DNA of 64,000 nt from an uncultured Rivularia sp. (GCA_963665115.1 OY762007.1:416001-480000); one strand, 5' to 3'; counted from the stretch's first letter, positions 43,229-53,981 are shown. Made by a program: numbers and translations. Notes: generated by a model not told the origin, from the letters alone.

Positions 43229-43463
43229 CCTCAATATCTTCCCATAATTGAGAAGCAGGAATAGTTTTTCCCGTCATTGCTTCATGCCAAGCTTGACGAA
43301 AATCTTCTAAAATTTCTTCTTTCGGTTTTTCATCCTCATCTTCTGCTTCTTCTGAAACTAAAACAATCACTTCAACACGACTATTTTTATTTAAATTTAA
43401 AGGTGTATCTAAAGCAAGTTGCCCTTCTTCGTCAATCGTTGCCATTACTTTGACTGCTTTCAT
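43221..43463 (-). CDS. Putative antitoxin
   Basis: Small acidic protein overlapping the toxin start; ends FRQAWHEAMTGKTIPASQLWE. Confidence 0.75.
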   Translation of the reverse strand: MKAVKVMATIDEEGQLALDTPLNLNKNSRVEVIVLVSEEAEDEDEKPKEEILEDFRQAWHEAMTGKTIPASQLWEDIEDV

Positions 43464-43558
43464 AACTATTTCAAAACTTTTAGACTTTATTCGAGCGTAT
43501 AGCTTTACGATAACGTGAATTTAAAAATATATAACTCCTAGCTCCTAACTCTTAATCC

Positions 43559-44758
43559 CTAACTCTTAACTTCCAAACCCATATCTTTCAACCCTTTTCT
43601 TAACTGCTCTGCTGCAAAGTGGTTGTTTTGCTTTACGTGCAAATTAATTGCTTCTTTAAATGCTGTTAAACTATCTTCTACATAACCAGCTTTTAACAAT
43701 ACAACGCCCAAATTTTGATAAGCTTGAGCATATTCTGAATTCAAATCGATAGCTTTAACATAAGCGGCAATGGCTTCTTTAAATAAACCCATTGCTTTAT
43801 ATGTCATTCCTAAATTGTAATATCCGATAACGAAAGAAGGGTCGATTTTTATAATTGTTTCGTAAGCTTTTTTCGCACCGTTTAAATCTCCTTTCTCTTT
43901 GAGCAAATTACCGAGATTGTTATATGCTCCTAACTTGAGTATGGGATAAATCGGTAGTTTAATTGCTGCTTGATAATGTGCGATCGCCTGTTGATGATTT
44001 TTCAACCGACTGTAAGCGATGCCCAAATGATAATAAAGTTCGTACAATATCTCGTAATTTTCGCGACTTAAGGAAACTCCTTTCGATAATAACTGGATAC
44101 TTTGAGGAATTTTCCCTAAATCAATATACAATGCTCCCAATTTGCTGCAAACATAAGGATCTTCGGGATTATTGGCAAAAAACTCTTCCATTGCTGCTTG
44201 CGCTTTAACAAGTTTATTTTTGCGATTAATTTGGCTTTGCTGATAGCCTGAATGTAAAATCGCAATTCCTTGTATATAACCTATTTGCCAATGCGGTTCT
44301 TTCTGTAATATTTCTGATACACTATCATCAACTAAAGCATGATAGGGACGTGAAAATTTGATATCGGGGTGGTTGCGAAACAGCCGCGAAACCATAGAAT
44401 AAGGCGATTGTGCTGCACCAATTTCGTCGCGCACTAAATTTATCAGTAAGTACTCTTCTCTTTGTATTGCTTCTCGCAACTGGGGAATAATTTCTGGTGC
44501 TAAGGTTTCGTCGGCATCTAAAACTAAAATCCAATCGCCAGTTACATATTTTAAAGCTTCATTACGAGCGGCACTAAAATCATTACACCATTCAAAATGA
44601 TGTACTTTAGCACCATATCCTTGAGCAATTTTTACTGTTTTATCGGTTGAACCAGTATCTAATATTACTATCTCGTTGACAAACTTTTTGGCGCTACTCA
44701 AGCACTTTGATAACGTTGATTCTTCGTTTTTTACAATCGCGCACAGGCTGATTTTCAT
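43559..44758 (-). CDS. GT2 glycosyltransferase with C-terminal TPRs
   Basis: IVKNEE, DTGSTD, DFSAARN, LDADE. Confidence 0.9.
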   Translation of the reverse strand: MKISLCAIVKNEESTLSKCLSSAKKFVNEIVILDTGSTDKTVKIAQGYGAKVHHFEWCNDFSAARNEALKYVTGDWILVLDADETLAPEIIPQLREAIQREEYLLINLVRDEIGAAQSPYSMVSRLFRNHPDIKFSRPYHALVDDSVSEILQKEPHWQIGYIQGIAILHSGYQQSQINRKNKLVKAQAAMEEFFANNPEDPYVCSKLGALYIDLGKIPQSIQLLSKGVSLSRENYEILYELYYHLGIAYSRLKNHQQAIAHYQAAIKLPIYPILKLGAYNNLGNLLKEKGDLNGAKKAYETIIKIDPSFVIGYYNLGMTYKAMGLFKEAIAAYVKAIDLNSEYAQAYQNLGVVLLKAGYVEDSLTAFKEAINLHVKQNNHFAAEQLRKGLKDMGLEVKS

Positions 44759-44945
44759 AGTTAGTTGTTAATTGTTGGTTGTTAGTGATTAGTAGTTAGA
44801 AGTAAATGATAAAGGTAATTATGCTAAATGCACCATACATATTACTACTCCCTGTTCCCCGTTGCCTACAAATTATTTATAAACCAAAATTTTGTGCAAA
44901 AATATACATCTATCAATATAAATTTGAAAATGATTAGTTAATTGT

Positions 44946-46388
44946 ATGAATCTTATGAATCAAACATTAAGCGGACGTTATCAAATTGTTCAAGAATTAG
45001 GGAGAGGGGGTTTCGGCGTTACTTATATTGCTGAAGATTTACAACGTCCTGGAAATCCGAAATGTGTGGTTAAACTATTTAAACCTGCCGCAAAAGATCC
45101 TTACACTTTAAATGCGGGGAAAAATTTATTTGATAGAGAAGCCGAGGCTTTAGAAAAATTAGGAAATCATGACCAAATTCCCCGACTTTTAGCGCATTTT
45201 GAAGATAACCAAAAGTTTTATCTGGTGCAAGAACTTATTGAGGGGCACGATTTAAGTAAAGAATTACTACCAAATAAACAATTAAGCGAAGCCTTTGTAA
45301 TTCAGTTTTTGGAAGATATTTTAGAGGTTTTAGCTTTTGTACATCAGCAAGGAGCAATTCATCGCGATATCAAACCTTCTAATATTCGACGACGTAAATC
45401 GGATGGAAAATTGGTGCTAATTGACTTTGGTGCTGTTAAACAAGTCAGTACTCAAGTCGTGAATTCACAAGGGCAAACTAAGGTAACGATCGCCATCGGC
45501 TCTCCCGGATATATGCCCAGCGAACAATCTAGTGGTAAACCGCATTTTAGCAGCGATGTTTATGCCGTGGGAATAATTGCGATCGCAGCTTTGAGTGGAG
45601 TATTTCCGATAAGTACAGATCCTCAAACAGGAGAAATTGCTTGGCATCATTTAAGAACTGTAAATCCTAAATTAGCCAATCTTATAGATACGATGGTTCG
45701 TTATGATTTTCGTCAGCGTTATCCTACAGCCCAATTGGCATTGCAAGCTGTAAAAACATTGTCAACGTCTAGCCAACTACCCGATACTTTAGTTGGAAAT
45801 AAATCACAGGATACCGGGAAAACAAAGAAGATTTTAATTGCTTCTGGGATAGCAGGGATTATCGCTGCAAGTGCGGCTATTTTACCGTGGATAATTAATC
45901 CTAATAAAATTGAAGATTTTTCCAGTTACGAGCAATCTAGTTTGGGAATTACAGTCAAATATCCTCAGAGTTGGCAAAGGCAAGATATCGATAATATTTT
46001 TACACAAGAATTAGTGACATTTTTATCGCCTCAATCGAGCGATACAGATAATTTTAAAGAAAAAGTAATTTTAAGTATAAAAGACTATTCCGGAACTTTG
46101 AATCAATCAAAAGATGTTTTTACCCAAGACATAAATAAAACATTACCATCAGCGAAAATTATCAAAACTACTTCCACTACACTGGCATACAAACCTGCTT
46201 TTGAAATAGTTTATACATGGAAAGATGAAGAACAAGATTTAAATTTTAAAAACCTGCAAATTTGGACTTTGAAAGGTAATAAGGCATACATTCTTACCTA
46301 TACCGCGAAAGAAGAAGATTACGATAAGTTTATTCCCGTTGTGGAAAAAATGATTAAAACTTTTGAAATCGAAAATTTAAAAGACTAA
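44946..46388 (+). CDS. Ser/Thr protein kinase with TM helix and PsbP/DcrB-like C-terminal domain
   Basis: LGRGGFG, HRDIKPSN, DFG; C-terminal KYPQSW...AYILTYTA...MIKTFEI. Confidence 0.9.
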   Translation: MNLMNQTLSGRYQIVQELGRGGFGVTYIAEDLQRPGNPKCVVKLFKPAAKDPYTLNAGKNLFDREAEALEKLGNHDQIPRLLAHFEDNQKFYLVQELIEGHDLSKELLPNKQLSEAFVIQFLEDILEVLAFVHQQGAIHRDIKPSNIRRRKSDGKLVLIDFGAVKQVSTQVVNSQGQTKVTIAIGSPGYMPSEQSSGKPHFSSDVYAVGIIAIAALSGVFPISTDPQTGEIAWHHLRTVNPKLANLIDTMVRYDFRQRYPTAQLALQAVKTLSTSSQLPDTLVGNKSQDTGKTKKILIASGIAGIIAASAAILPWIINPNKIEDFSSYEQSSLGITVKYPQSWQRQDIDNIFTQELVTFLSPQSSDTDNFKEKVILSIKDYSGTLNQSKDVFTQDINKTLPSAKIIKTTSTTLAYKPAFEIVYTWKDEEQDLNFKNLQIWTLKGNKAYILTYTAKEEDYDKFIPVVEKMIKTFEIENLKD

Positions 46389-46852
46389 TGAGTAGATTGC
46401 AAATTCGTGAAGATGACCTGACGGGTAAAAAGATTGCTGAGTTTCTTCGGGAACACCTGGAAAATATGAATAAGATTACACCACCCGAAAGCGTTCATGC
46501 TCTTGATTTGGAAGCATTGCGATCGCCCAATATTACTTTTTGGACGGCTTGGGAAGGTTCGGAATTACTTGGATGCGGGGCATTGAAAGAACTAGATTCA
46601 AAAACTGGTGAAGTTAAATCAATGCGTACAGCTACAGATCACCGTCGTAAGGGTGTTGCTTCAAAAATTCTCGAACGCATTATCGAGGAAGCCCAACAAC
46701 GTGCTTATGAACGCTTGAATTTGGAAACTGGGTCTTTTCCTGAGTTCGCACCAGCACGAGCTTTGTACGCACGATACGGGTTTGAGTACCGAGGTCCCTT
46801 TGCTGAATATATTGACGACCCGAATAGCGTATTTATGACGAAAAAGTTTTAG
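46388..46852 (+). CDS. GNAT N-acetyltransferase
   Basis: GEVKSMRT..HRRKGVA, LNLETG, ARALYARYGF; TAATG coupling to the kinase gene. Confidence 0.9.
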   Translation: MSRLQIREDDLTGKKIAEFLREHLENMNKITPPESVHALDLEALRSPNITFWTAWEGSELLGCGALKELDSKTGEVKSMRTATDHRRKGVASKILERIIEEAQQRAYERLNLETGSFPEFAPARALYARYGFEYRGPFAEYIDDPNSVFMTKKF

Positions 46853-47154
46853 AATCTACTGTTCGGAATACCCATAACTTCCTTCCTGATTGAGAAAATT
46901 GTGTTTGTACTACAACTCTAATACAAGCCAAAATCATGATGCAAACAAACATTAACCAATTTATTACACCTACGACTGCTGTAGCATCTGTGGAAATTCG
47001 TCTAACAAACCAGGTATCCGTCAAGCTATCTAGAAATAAAGGAAATGCTCTTCGTTGCGATCGCACGATAGTCAATCGCTCTTTTTCCTTGGGAACTTAC
47101 TTTTAAAGCAGGTAAACATAGTTCGGATTAAATGCCATAGCAAACGTTCCGCAA

Positions 47155-47811
47155 TTAGGATTGCCAAACTAGACGATCGAGCATTTCTTTCCAGCAATCG
47201 TAATCACAGATATAATCAAAACCGCATACTGTTTTAATAGAGGTTGAGCGTTCGTTGAGTAGTTGATGAATCTGCTTACCTACCTGTGGAGTTTTAAGGC
47301 GATTGCCGTAATTATTCCAAATCAATTGGTTCTCCACTAGCCCAACGTAATCGCAAATGAACAGAATATCTTCAAAGAAGTATAGTGTGAATCCTGGGGT
47401 ATGTCCTCCCACAACTACCGCTTCAATTCCAGAAAGTTTAAAATCAGTTTCAAATAAACGATCGAAGGGAAAAAACCGACTGTTTGGATGAGCTGCATCA
47501 CTCTTATGAATCCAAACCTTAGCATCAAACTGCTGACGGTATAAGTTGGATGCACCTAAAAAATCACTATGAGTAAATAAAATATAGTCCATCGGTGCGA
47601 CACCCAAATCAAATGATGATGGACAATCAATCCAAATTACAGCATCGCTAGTGTTAACTTGGTAAGCTGCGTGTTCAATACCTAATTGTGGAACCGATCG
47701 TAACTGAGTGACGCAATCGCTAACGGGAATACTTTTAACTTGATAGATTGCCGAACATTCTTGGGCAGTTAAAAAGCGATCTGGTGTATTCAATTCAAGT
47801 TTAAAGGTCAA
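47155..47811 (-). CDS. Metallo-beta-lactamase-fold protein, possibly 5'-truncated
   Basis: ILFTHSDF, VWIH..D, GGHTPG, LFICD; TTG start next to a MITE-like element. Confidence 0.65.
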   Translation of the reverse strand: MTFKLELNTPDRFLTAQECSAIYQVKSIPVSDCVTQLRSVPQLGIEHAAYQVNTSDAVIWIDCPSSFDLGVAPMDYILFTHSDFLGASNLYRQQFDAKVWIHKSDAAHPNSRFFPFDRLFETDFKLSGIEAVVVGGHTPGFTLYFFEDILFICDYVGLVENQLIWNNYGNRLKTPQVGKQIHQLLNERSTSIKTVCGFDYICDYDCWKEMLDRLVWQS

Positions 47812-47822
47812 AATTTAATAAC

Positions 47823-47915
47823 TTCAGGACTTATGTAAAGCTCCCCTTTTAAGAAGGCTTGAGGATTTTAAGAGGTGGAATACTTAACTTCTCTTGCGGT
47901 TGCGTAAGTCCTGAA
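47823..47915. mobile_element. 93-bp MITE-like element
   Basis: TIRs ttcaggacttatgtaa / ttgcgtaagtcctgaa (14 of 16 match). Confidence 0.6.
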
Positions 47916-47945
47916 TTCCTAACTCCTAACTCCCAATCCCTAAAT

Positions 47946-47982
47946 AAAAAGAAACCCGGTTTCTTTAAGAAACCGGGTTTTT
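47946..47982 (-). terminator. Hairpin downstream of gnd
   Basis: aaacccggtttct..agaaaccgggttt flanked by A/T runs. Confidence 0.55.
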
Positions 47983-48014
47983 GATATCAAAGGTGAATCG
48001 GTACTAATTAATAA

Positions 48015-49472
48015 TTAGTCCATTTTCACTACTGATTCATTGCTGACGGTAGCTTCGTCAATTGGTGTCCATGCAGTATGGAAACTTCCTTCTTTGTCGG
48101 TACGCAGGTAAGTATGTGCGCCGAAGTAGTCGCGTTGTGCCTGGGTGAGGTTTTGAGGCAAACGTTCGCGACGGTAGCTGTCGAAGTAATCTAAGGATGC
48201 GCTAAATGCGGGAACGGCGATTCCTAATTTAGCTGCGGTAATAATTACTTCGCGCCAAGCATCTTGTCTATCAAGAATGGTTTGCTTGAATTCGGGGGCT
48301 AGTAGCAAGTTGGGGAGTGAAGGATTCTGATCGAATGCTTTCTTGATTTTGTTCAAGAATCTAGCACGAATGATACAACCACCTTTCCAAATTCGTGCCA
48401 TTTCACCAAGATCCAAGTTGTAGTTAAACTCATTGGAAGCTTTGTACAGCAGCGCCATACCTTGAGCGTAGGAGCAGATTTTGGAACAGTAGAGAGCATC
48501 GCGCACCATGTTGATAAATTTCTTGGTGTCGCCTTCGTACTTACCGCTAGGGCCAGAAATTTCCTTGGATGCTGCTACTCTTTCCTGTTTGTAGGATGAC
48601 ATAATTCGAGCATTTACTGCTGCACCAATGGTAGGAATTGGCACGCCCAAATTAAGTGCATCTACTGCCGTCCAGCGTCCGGTACCTTTTTGTCCGGCTG
48701 CGTCAACGATTAAATCTACTAGAGGTATACCAGTTTCTTCATCAACATAAGGGAAAATCTTGCTAGTAATTTCAATCAAGAATGAATCTAATTCCTCAGT
48801 GGTATTCCACTCAGTGAATACTTCATGTAATTGATTGTGGTCTAAACCAGCTGCATTTTTCAATAAATCGTAGGCTTCTGCAATTAACTGCATATCGCCA
48901 TACTCGATACCGTTGTGAACCATTTTCACATAATGTCCGGCACCGCCAGGGCCGCAATAGGCAACACAAGGGCCATCGTCAACCTGAGCCGCAATTTTAG
49001 TGAAGATAGGCGACAGGTACTCATAAGAACTTTCGGTACCTCCAGGCATCAAAGAGGGACCGTTGAGCGCTCCTTCTTCACCACCACTTACACCCATGCC
49101 GATGAAGCGAAAACCTTTGGGTTCTAATTCGCGGGTGCGTCGTTCGGTGTCTTCGTACAGCGAGTTACCACCGTCGATGATGATGTCACCTTCATCTAAT
49201 AAAGGTGTGAGTTGTTCAATTACCTTATCAACTGGTCCACCAGCTTTTACCATCACCAAAATTTTGCGGGGACGTTCGAGCAAACCCACAAATTCTTCCA
49301 AGGTGTACCCTGCTTTCACATTTCTACCTTGGGCGCGTTGTTCCATAAACGCATCAGTTTTTTCACGCGAGCGGTTATAAACTGCGATCGGGAAGCCGTT
49401 ACGCTCTACATTCAGAGCGATATTTTCTCCCATAACAGCTAATCCAATCACACCAAAGCTTTGTAATGTCAT
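48015..49472 (-). CDS. gnd: 6-phosphogluconate dehydrogenase (NADP, decarboxylating)
   Basis: GVIGLAVMG, VKMVHNGIEYGDMQ, QKGTG, QRDYFGAHTY. Confidence 0.97.
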   Translation of the reverse strand: MTLQSFGVIGLAVMGENIALNVERNGFPIAVYNRSREKTDAFMEQRAQGRNVKAGYTLEEFVGLLERPRKILVMVKAGGPVDKVIEQLTPLLDEGDIIIDGGNSLYEDTERRTRELEPKGFRFIGMGVSGGEEGALNGPSLMPGGTESSYEYLSPIFTKIAAQVDDGPCVAYCGPGGAGHYVKMVHNGIEYGDMQLIAEAYDLLKNAAGLDHNQLHEVFTEWNTTEELDSFLIEITSKIFPYVDEETGIPLVDLIVDAAGQKGTGRWTAVDALNLGVPIPTIGAAVNARIMSSYKQERVAASKEISGPSGKYEGDTKKFINMVRDALYCSKICSYAQGMALLYKASNEFNYNLDLGEMARIWKGGCIIRARFLNKIKKAFDQNPSLPNLLLAPEFKQTILDRQDAWREVIITAAKLGIAVPAFSASLDYFDSYRRERLPQNLTQAQRDYFGAHTYLRTDKEGSFHTAWTPIDEATVSNESVVKMD

Positions 49473-49751
49473 AAATTTTTTCTGGCTAACTCTTCCAAAT
49501 CCTTTCTTTTATCTCTTAGGGTAGTCCGAGATTTTCAGATCGCTTATAAAGAAGACATTAAGACTTTATTTAGATAGTAAAAATGCATTATGGATACACA
49601 TAATTATTTTTAATTTGTATATCAATCAACAATTTGTCTCTAAAATTCGCTAAATTGTAATATTTACTATAAATTATTGGGCAATGGGGATGGGGCCGCA
49701 GGGGATGGGGGGACAAGGGGAAAGGGGGATAAGGAGAGAGGGGGAAGATAG

Positions 49752-49940
49752 GTAGTGCGAGCATCTTGCTCGCTATATATGTATGGACCAGCGAGCAAGA
49801 TGCTCGCACTACAATTACCCATTACCAATTACCAATCCCCTATTCCCTATTCCCAATCCCCAGCGAGCAAGATGCTCGCACTACAATTACCCATTACCCA
49901 TTACCAATTACCAATCCCCAATCCCCCTATTCCCAATCTA
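49752..49940. repeat. Three GTAG REP copies; a ~72-bp REP+STRR unit is tandemly duplicated
   Basis: Copies at 49752-49774, 49790-49812 and 49862-49884; each reverse copy is followed by aattacccattacc... Confidence 0.8.
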
Positions 49941-49962
49941 AAATCCAAAATCCAAAATTCTT

Positions 49963-50757
49963 ATGACACACATCTTGGCTTTGATTGTCGGTTTGGGCAG
50001 TTTGGCGATTTATTTGGCGGCTTTCTTTTTTCCTGAAGTTCACCGCAAAAATGATTTTTATTTGAGTGGGGTAGGTTTGTTTTATGCCCTTGTATTGTGG
50101 GTGTTTGCGCCGCGTATCGGTGGCTGGTTTTTTCTAGGTCAATTGGCTGCGGTTGGCTTGTTATTTTGGTTCGGGTTGCAAATGTTTTCGTTGCGTCGTC
50201 AAGTTACTCCGGCGATGCAACAAACCCCGGTACCTAATGTTGAAGCGGTGAAAGGTAATATTAACGAACCCGCTGCAAAATCGCTGCAACAACGTGCGGG
50301 AGGATTATTTAAGTCTGTCAGCGGTATTTTACCTGGTAAAAAAGAAAAAGTTTCTCAAACCCCTACCGCAACACAACCCGTATCTACACCTTCTACTGTT
50401 GAAGATACTTCTGCTGCGACAATAGGCAAAACTTTAACTGATGCGATTGATGAGGAGACTGAAGTTAAAACTCCAGTATCTGATGCTTCTGTAACTATCG
50501 TTGATAATACAGGTGCCGCAACTACAACTGAAACTGCTTCTGAAGCAACTTCAACAGATGCCGCAACGACAACTGAAATCCCAGAAGCTATTGCACCTGA
50601 CTCCCCACCCCAAGAAGTAGTAGAAGCTTCTGAAAATGCTGATGCAGAAGAAAAAACCATACCTCCTGTAGAAGAAATTGCTCCTGATGCCGTACTTGCT
50701 CCCCCGGCAGAAGCATCACCAGAAAAAACTCCACCCACCGATTTACCTCAAACATGA
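49963..50757 (+). CDS. ycf66: Ycf66-family protein
   Basis: FFFPEVHRKNDF..SGVGLFYAL.LW N-terminal TM domain; Pro/Thr/Glu-rich tail. Confidence 0.8.
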   Translation: MTHILALIVGLGSLAIYLAAFFFPEVHRKNDFYLSGVGLFYALVLWVFAPRIGGWFFLGQLAAVGLLFWFGLQMFSLRRQVTPAMQQTPVPNVEAVKGNINEPAAKSLQQRAGGLFKSVSGILPGKKEKVSQTPTATQPVSTPSTVEDTSAATIGKTLTDAIDEETEVKTPVSDASVTIVDNTGAATTTETASEATSTDAATTTEIPEAIAPDSPPQEVVEASENADAEEKTIPPVEEIAPDAVLAPPAEASPEKTPPTDLPQT

Positions 50758-50802
50758 GTAAATAAAGAAAATTACTTATTGTTGTCAAATCAATATATAA
50801 GT

Positions 50803-50852
50803 AAATGTAAATCCCCTCCAGATATTTTCTCCGGAGGGGATTTACATTTTTT
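50803..50852. terminator. Bidirectional terminator between convergent genes
   Basis: aaatgtaaatcccctcc ... ggaggggatttacattt, perfect 17-bp arms. Confidence 0.75.
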
Positions 50853-51009
50853 ATAGGGAATTGGGAGTTAGGAGTTAGGAGGAGTAAGTAGTGAGTAGTG
50901 AGTTAAATAATTCCGTCTAGGATTATTGTCACAGGGCTGCTCAACTATTTATTATTTCTTACTTTTTACTCACTACTCTTTACTCACTACTTTAAGAATC
51001 TCCCCATCC

Positions 51010-51237
51010 CTACTGCGGTGTTTTCTGCAACTCTGGCTGTTCTTCTGGAAGAATCGCCCCTTCTACGGGACATACCTGTATACAAATGCCGCAGTCGATA
51101 CAGGTAGCGAAGTCAATCCAAAACCAATCGGTGCCTTTGACGTTTTTTCCTGGCCCCGGATGAATGCAAGCTACTGGGCAAGCATCTACGCAATCGGCAA
51201 TTCCTTCACAAACATCAGTAACAATCGTGTGTGCCAT
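51010..51237 (-). CDS. Dicluster bacterial-type ferredoxin
   Basis: CEGIADCVDACP and CIDCGICIQVCP. Confidence 0.92.
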   Translation of the reverse strand: MAHTIVTDVCEGIADCVDACPVACIHPGPGKNVKGTDWFWIDFATCIDCGICIQVCPVEGAILPEEQPELQKTPQ

Positions 51238-51321
51238 GTTTCCCCTCTATGCATCAGTTATCAATTATTAATTATCAATGTAATTGTTCATTGATAATTG
51301 ATAATTGTTCATTGCTAACTG

Positions 51322-52536
51322 CTAACTGCTAACTGATTCAACTGTTTTTGAACCGTCGGCTTTTATCCAGGCAATTTGAGCAATTTCTCGATCGCTTGCG
51401 TATTTTTGAATTGCTTGTTTATCTCTTCCGCTCAATTCCATTTCGACTTTTACTAAATGAGTTGAGGAACGCAGTTTTTCGGCGTAGGTGAAAGCGGCGG
51501 CGATCGCACTGCTATTTTCTGGTACTACTAACCAGTCACTGGCTAATTTTGGCTGCGGTAATTGCCCAGAAGTTGATAGTACGTGGTATAAATCTTCAAT
51601 AAATAATGCGAAACCAGTACCGGGTATGTCTTTACTTTGGGGATGATATAGCCCTAAAAGTTTATCGTAACGTCCGCCGCGTCCTATGACTCTTGCTTGG
51701 TTATCGATGTCGCTAACTACTTCAAATACAAATCCGGTGTAGTAGTCAAAGGTTTGAATTAAGCTGAGATCGAGTATTAAGGAGCAATTCCCTTGGGATT
51801 CTATCAACTCAACCAAAGCTTTAAGATTGTTAACTGCTTCTTGCTGCCCGGTGTCGAGATTTAAAGTTCCGATCTTTTGCAAAACGTCGGCACTTTTCCC
51901 GCGCAAATCTAACATGACTTTAGCGCGATCGCGATGTTCTTCGCTTAGAGGTAAGGTGTCTATCGTGACTCTATCCAAGTGAACGATGGCGCTGCGAATT
52001 TTACTTTGTAAGTCAGCGGGGAAGGCTTTGAGTAAAGATTGAGTAATTTCGGCTTCCCCAACAATTAAATGCCAATCCTGTAGCTGTAGTGCTTGCAAAC
52101 AAGCGGCTACTAGTAGCAATACTTCTGCATCTGCAACTAAGCCACCACCGCCTAACAACTCAACTCCAGCTTGATAAAATTCTTGCTGGCTATTGTGTTT
52201 AGATTCTGGTGTTCTTCCGAAAACGTTGGCATTGTAATAAAGCCGTTGCGGGTAATTAGCGCCAGCCATGCGCGTTACGGCAGCACGGGCTATGGAAGCC
52301 GTTAATTCTGGCCGCAATCCCAATTCTTCATCTTGGATATTTTGCAGTTGAATCACCGTTGAGCGCTCAATTGCACCTCTTGCCATCAGCGTGTCAATAC
52401 GTTCCAAGGTTGAGGTGATAATCCTGTGATAACCCCAACCTTGAAATACTTGTTCTAATCTGTCTTCAATCCAGCGCTTTTGAGCTACATCTAAGGGTAA
52501 TAAATCCCTGGCTCCCACCGGAGGTTGATACACCAT
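51322..52536 (-). CDS. hisZ: ATP phosphoribosyltransferase regulatory subunit
   Basis: GARDLLP, LRPELTASIAR, EFYQAGVEL, YYTGFVFE, GGRYD. Confidence 0.92.
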   Translation of the reverse strand: MVYQPPVGARDLLPLDVAQKRWIEDRLEQVFQGWGYHRIITSTLERIDTLMARGAIERSTVIQLQNIQDEELGLRPELTASIARAAVTRMAGANYPQRLYYNANVFGRTPESKHNSQQEFYQAGVELLGGGGLVADAEVLLLVAACLQALQLQDWHLIVGEAEITQSLLKAFPADLQSKIRSAIVHLDRVTIDTLPLSEEHRDRAKVMLDLRGKSADVLQKIGTLNLDTGQQEAVNNLKALVELIESQGNCSLILDLSLIQTFDYYTGFVFEVVSDIDNQARVIGRGGRYDKLLGLYHPQSKDIPGTGFALFIEDLYHVLSTSGQLPQPKLASDWLVVPENSSAIAAAFTYAEKLRSSTHLVKVEMELSGRDKQAIQKYASDREIAQIAWIKADGSKTVESVSS

Positions 52537-53492
52537 TATTTTTTCTTTCCACCAAACAATCCACCAAATAAACCGCTACTTTCAGACTTTGAAGATTTAC
52601 TCGCAGCAGCACTCACAGTACTCTTTTTACCAGCATCGGGTGAACTTTTCTTCAAAAACTTATCAATTTTAGTTTTCCCTTCCAAGGCAGTTGCATCTTT
52701 AGGATCTAATTGCAAAGCGCGATCGAAGTGAATTTTTGCCATTTTTACTTGATTTTGCTTCAAATAGACTACTCCAATCAAGCTGTGACACTGATTGCTA
52801 TTTGGCTTCATCTTTAAAGCATCTTTTAATTCAACCTGTGCTTGTGATAATTGATTCTTTACAATTAATTCTTGGGCACGACGCATATACCCAGCAAAAA
52901 CTGGATCTTCCTTGGGTTGGGCTGGTGCTGAATTATTTCCCGCAGCAGTATTAGTCTTAGAATTAGGGGCACCAGCAGACACGGTGGATGAAGACGAGCC
53001 AGATTTTAAAGATTTTCCCGCACTCCGCATCAAATAAACTAAATTTAACTCGCTGATCTGAGAAATCGCTTCTACAGCTTGCGCCAAAGAATTGTATTGA
53101 ATTTTAGCTACTTGGGATATAGCATTTTTATAAGCACTTTCAAAATTAGGCGTACTTGCTAACTGTCTGGCATTATCGGTAGTTAATTCCACAGAAGCAG
53201 AATCTTGAGCCAAACGCTTCGCTATTTGGATTAAAACGGCGTTATGTTCTGCATGATTCTTCTCGTGATGAAGATGTTCGTAAGCTGGATTAACCAATTT
53301 TGATAATAGTTCGCTCGCTAGGCGTTTTTCCTCATCGTTAGCTTTAGCACAGCTATCGGGATGCAAGCGACGGGCAATTTTCAGATAGCGTTTGCGAATT
53401 TCCGAAGCATCTGCATCCACTCGCACGCACAAAATTGCGTGATAATCTATAAAATCATACTTAAATAAGCCGCGTTCTATTTGAAAAGACAT
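52536..53492 (-). CDS. J-domain protein with C-terminal TPRs
   Basis: IRKRYLKIARRLHPD; C-terminal TPR pair. Confidence 0.88.
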   Translation of the reverse strand: MSFQIERGLFKYDFIDYHAILCVRVDADASEIRKRYLKIARRLHPDSCAKANDEEKRLASELLSKLVNPAYEHLHHEKNHAEHNAVLIQIAKRLAQDSASVELTTDNARQLASTPNFESAYKNAISQVAKIQYNSLAQAVEAISQISELNLVYLMRSAGKSLKSGSSSSTVSAGAPNSKTNTAAGNNSAPAQPKEDPVFAGYMRRAQELIVKNQLSQAQVELKDALKMKPNSNQCHSLIGVVYLKQNQVKMAKIHFDRALQLDPKDATALEGKTKIDKFLKKSSPDAGKKSTVSAAASKSSKSESSGLFGGLFGGKKK

Positions 53493-53916
53493 AGAGGTAT
53501 TTTATACTAAAGCGAACATTAATCTTACTAGTTTACTTCTATCCCTTGGGTGTTTGTCAGTAGTTGATTGTCCGTAAATTTCAAATTAATTACCAGTATC
53601 AGTTACTAGTTAATAATCGCAGTCCGAATCGTGTTTGATATTTATAGCTGTTTTCAGCAGTGAAATTTAGGGAAATATAGCAGTATTTATCAAATTAAAT
53701 AGGTCTTTGTTTCAGTGATTACTCTGGCTAATTTGATTCTTATGGCGTTTATTGATACTAAATTGTAAATGTTGTTCTAGTTAAATTTATTGAATCTTCC
53801 ATTTGAGCAAGGAAAACTAATTTGAAATAAACTTATAGATTTTTTCATGAAATATTTATAAAGTGAGGGTTTTTCTATTTTTTGCCTGCGTAATTTACGC
53901 AGTAATAAAAATATTA

Positions 53917-53981
53917 TTCGTAGTAGTACTGTACTGACATTCAAATTCTGAAATATGATGCGCTAAAGCGCTACTACGAAC
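53917..53981. repeat. REPIN-like element, left copy
   Basis: ttcgtagtag...attctgaaatatgatgcgctaaagcgctactacgaac; same spacer as 55365-55431. Confidence 0.75.

Noticed and set aside
46833..47237. ORFs 46833-47075 and 47055-47237
   Set aside because: They overlap neighbouring genes and have no motif. They may be gene debris, but I cannot assign them.
49752..49884. CRISPR mini-array
   Set aside because: The first two copies are inverted, the apparent spacers are STRR heptamers, the same unit is dispersed elsewhere, and there are no cas genes.
49588..50036. Short ORFs 49588-49809, 49755-50036 and 49766-49966
   Set aside because: They are translations of REP and STRR repeats.
50355..51294. Antisense or alternate-frame ORFs here and throughout the ORF track
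   Set aside because: They are shadows of well-supported genes on the other strand or frame.
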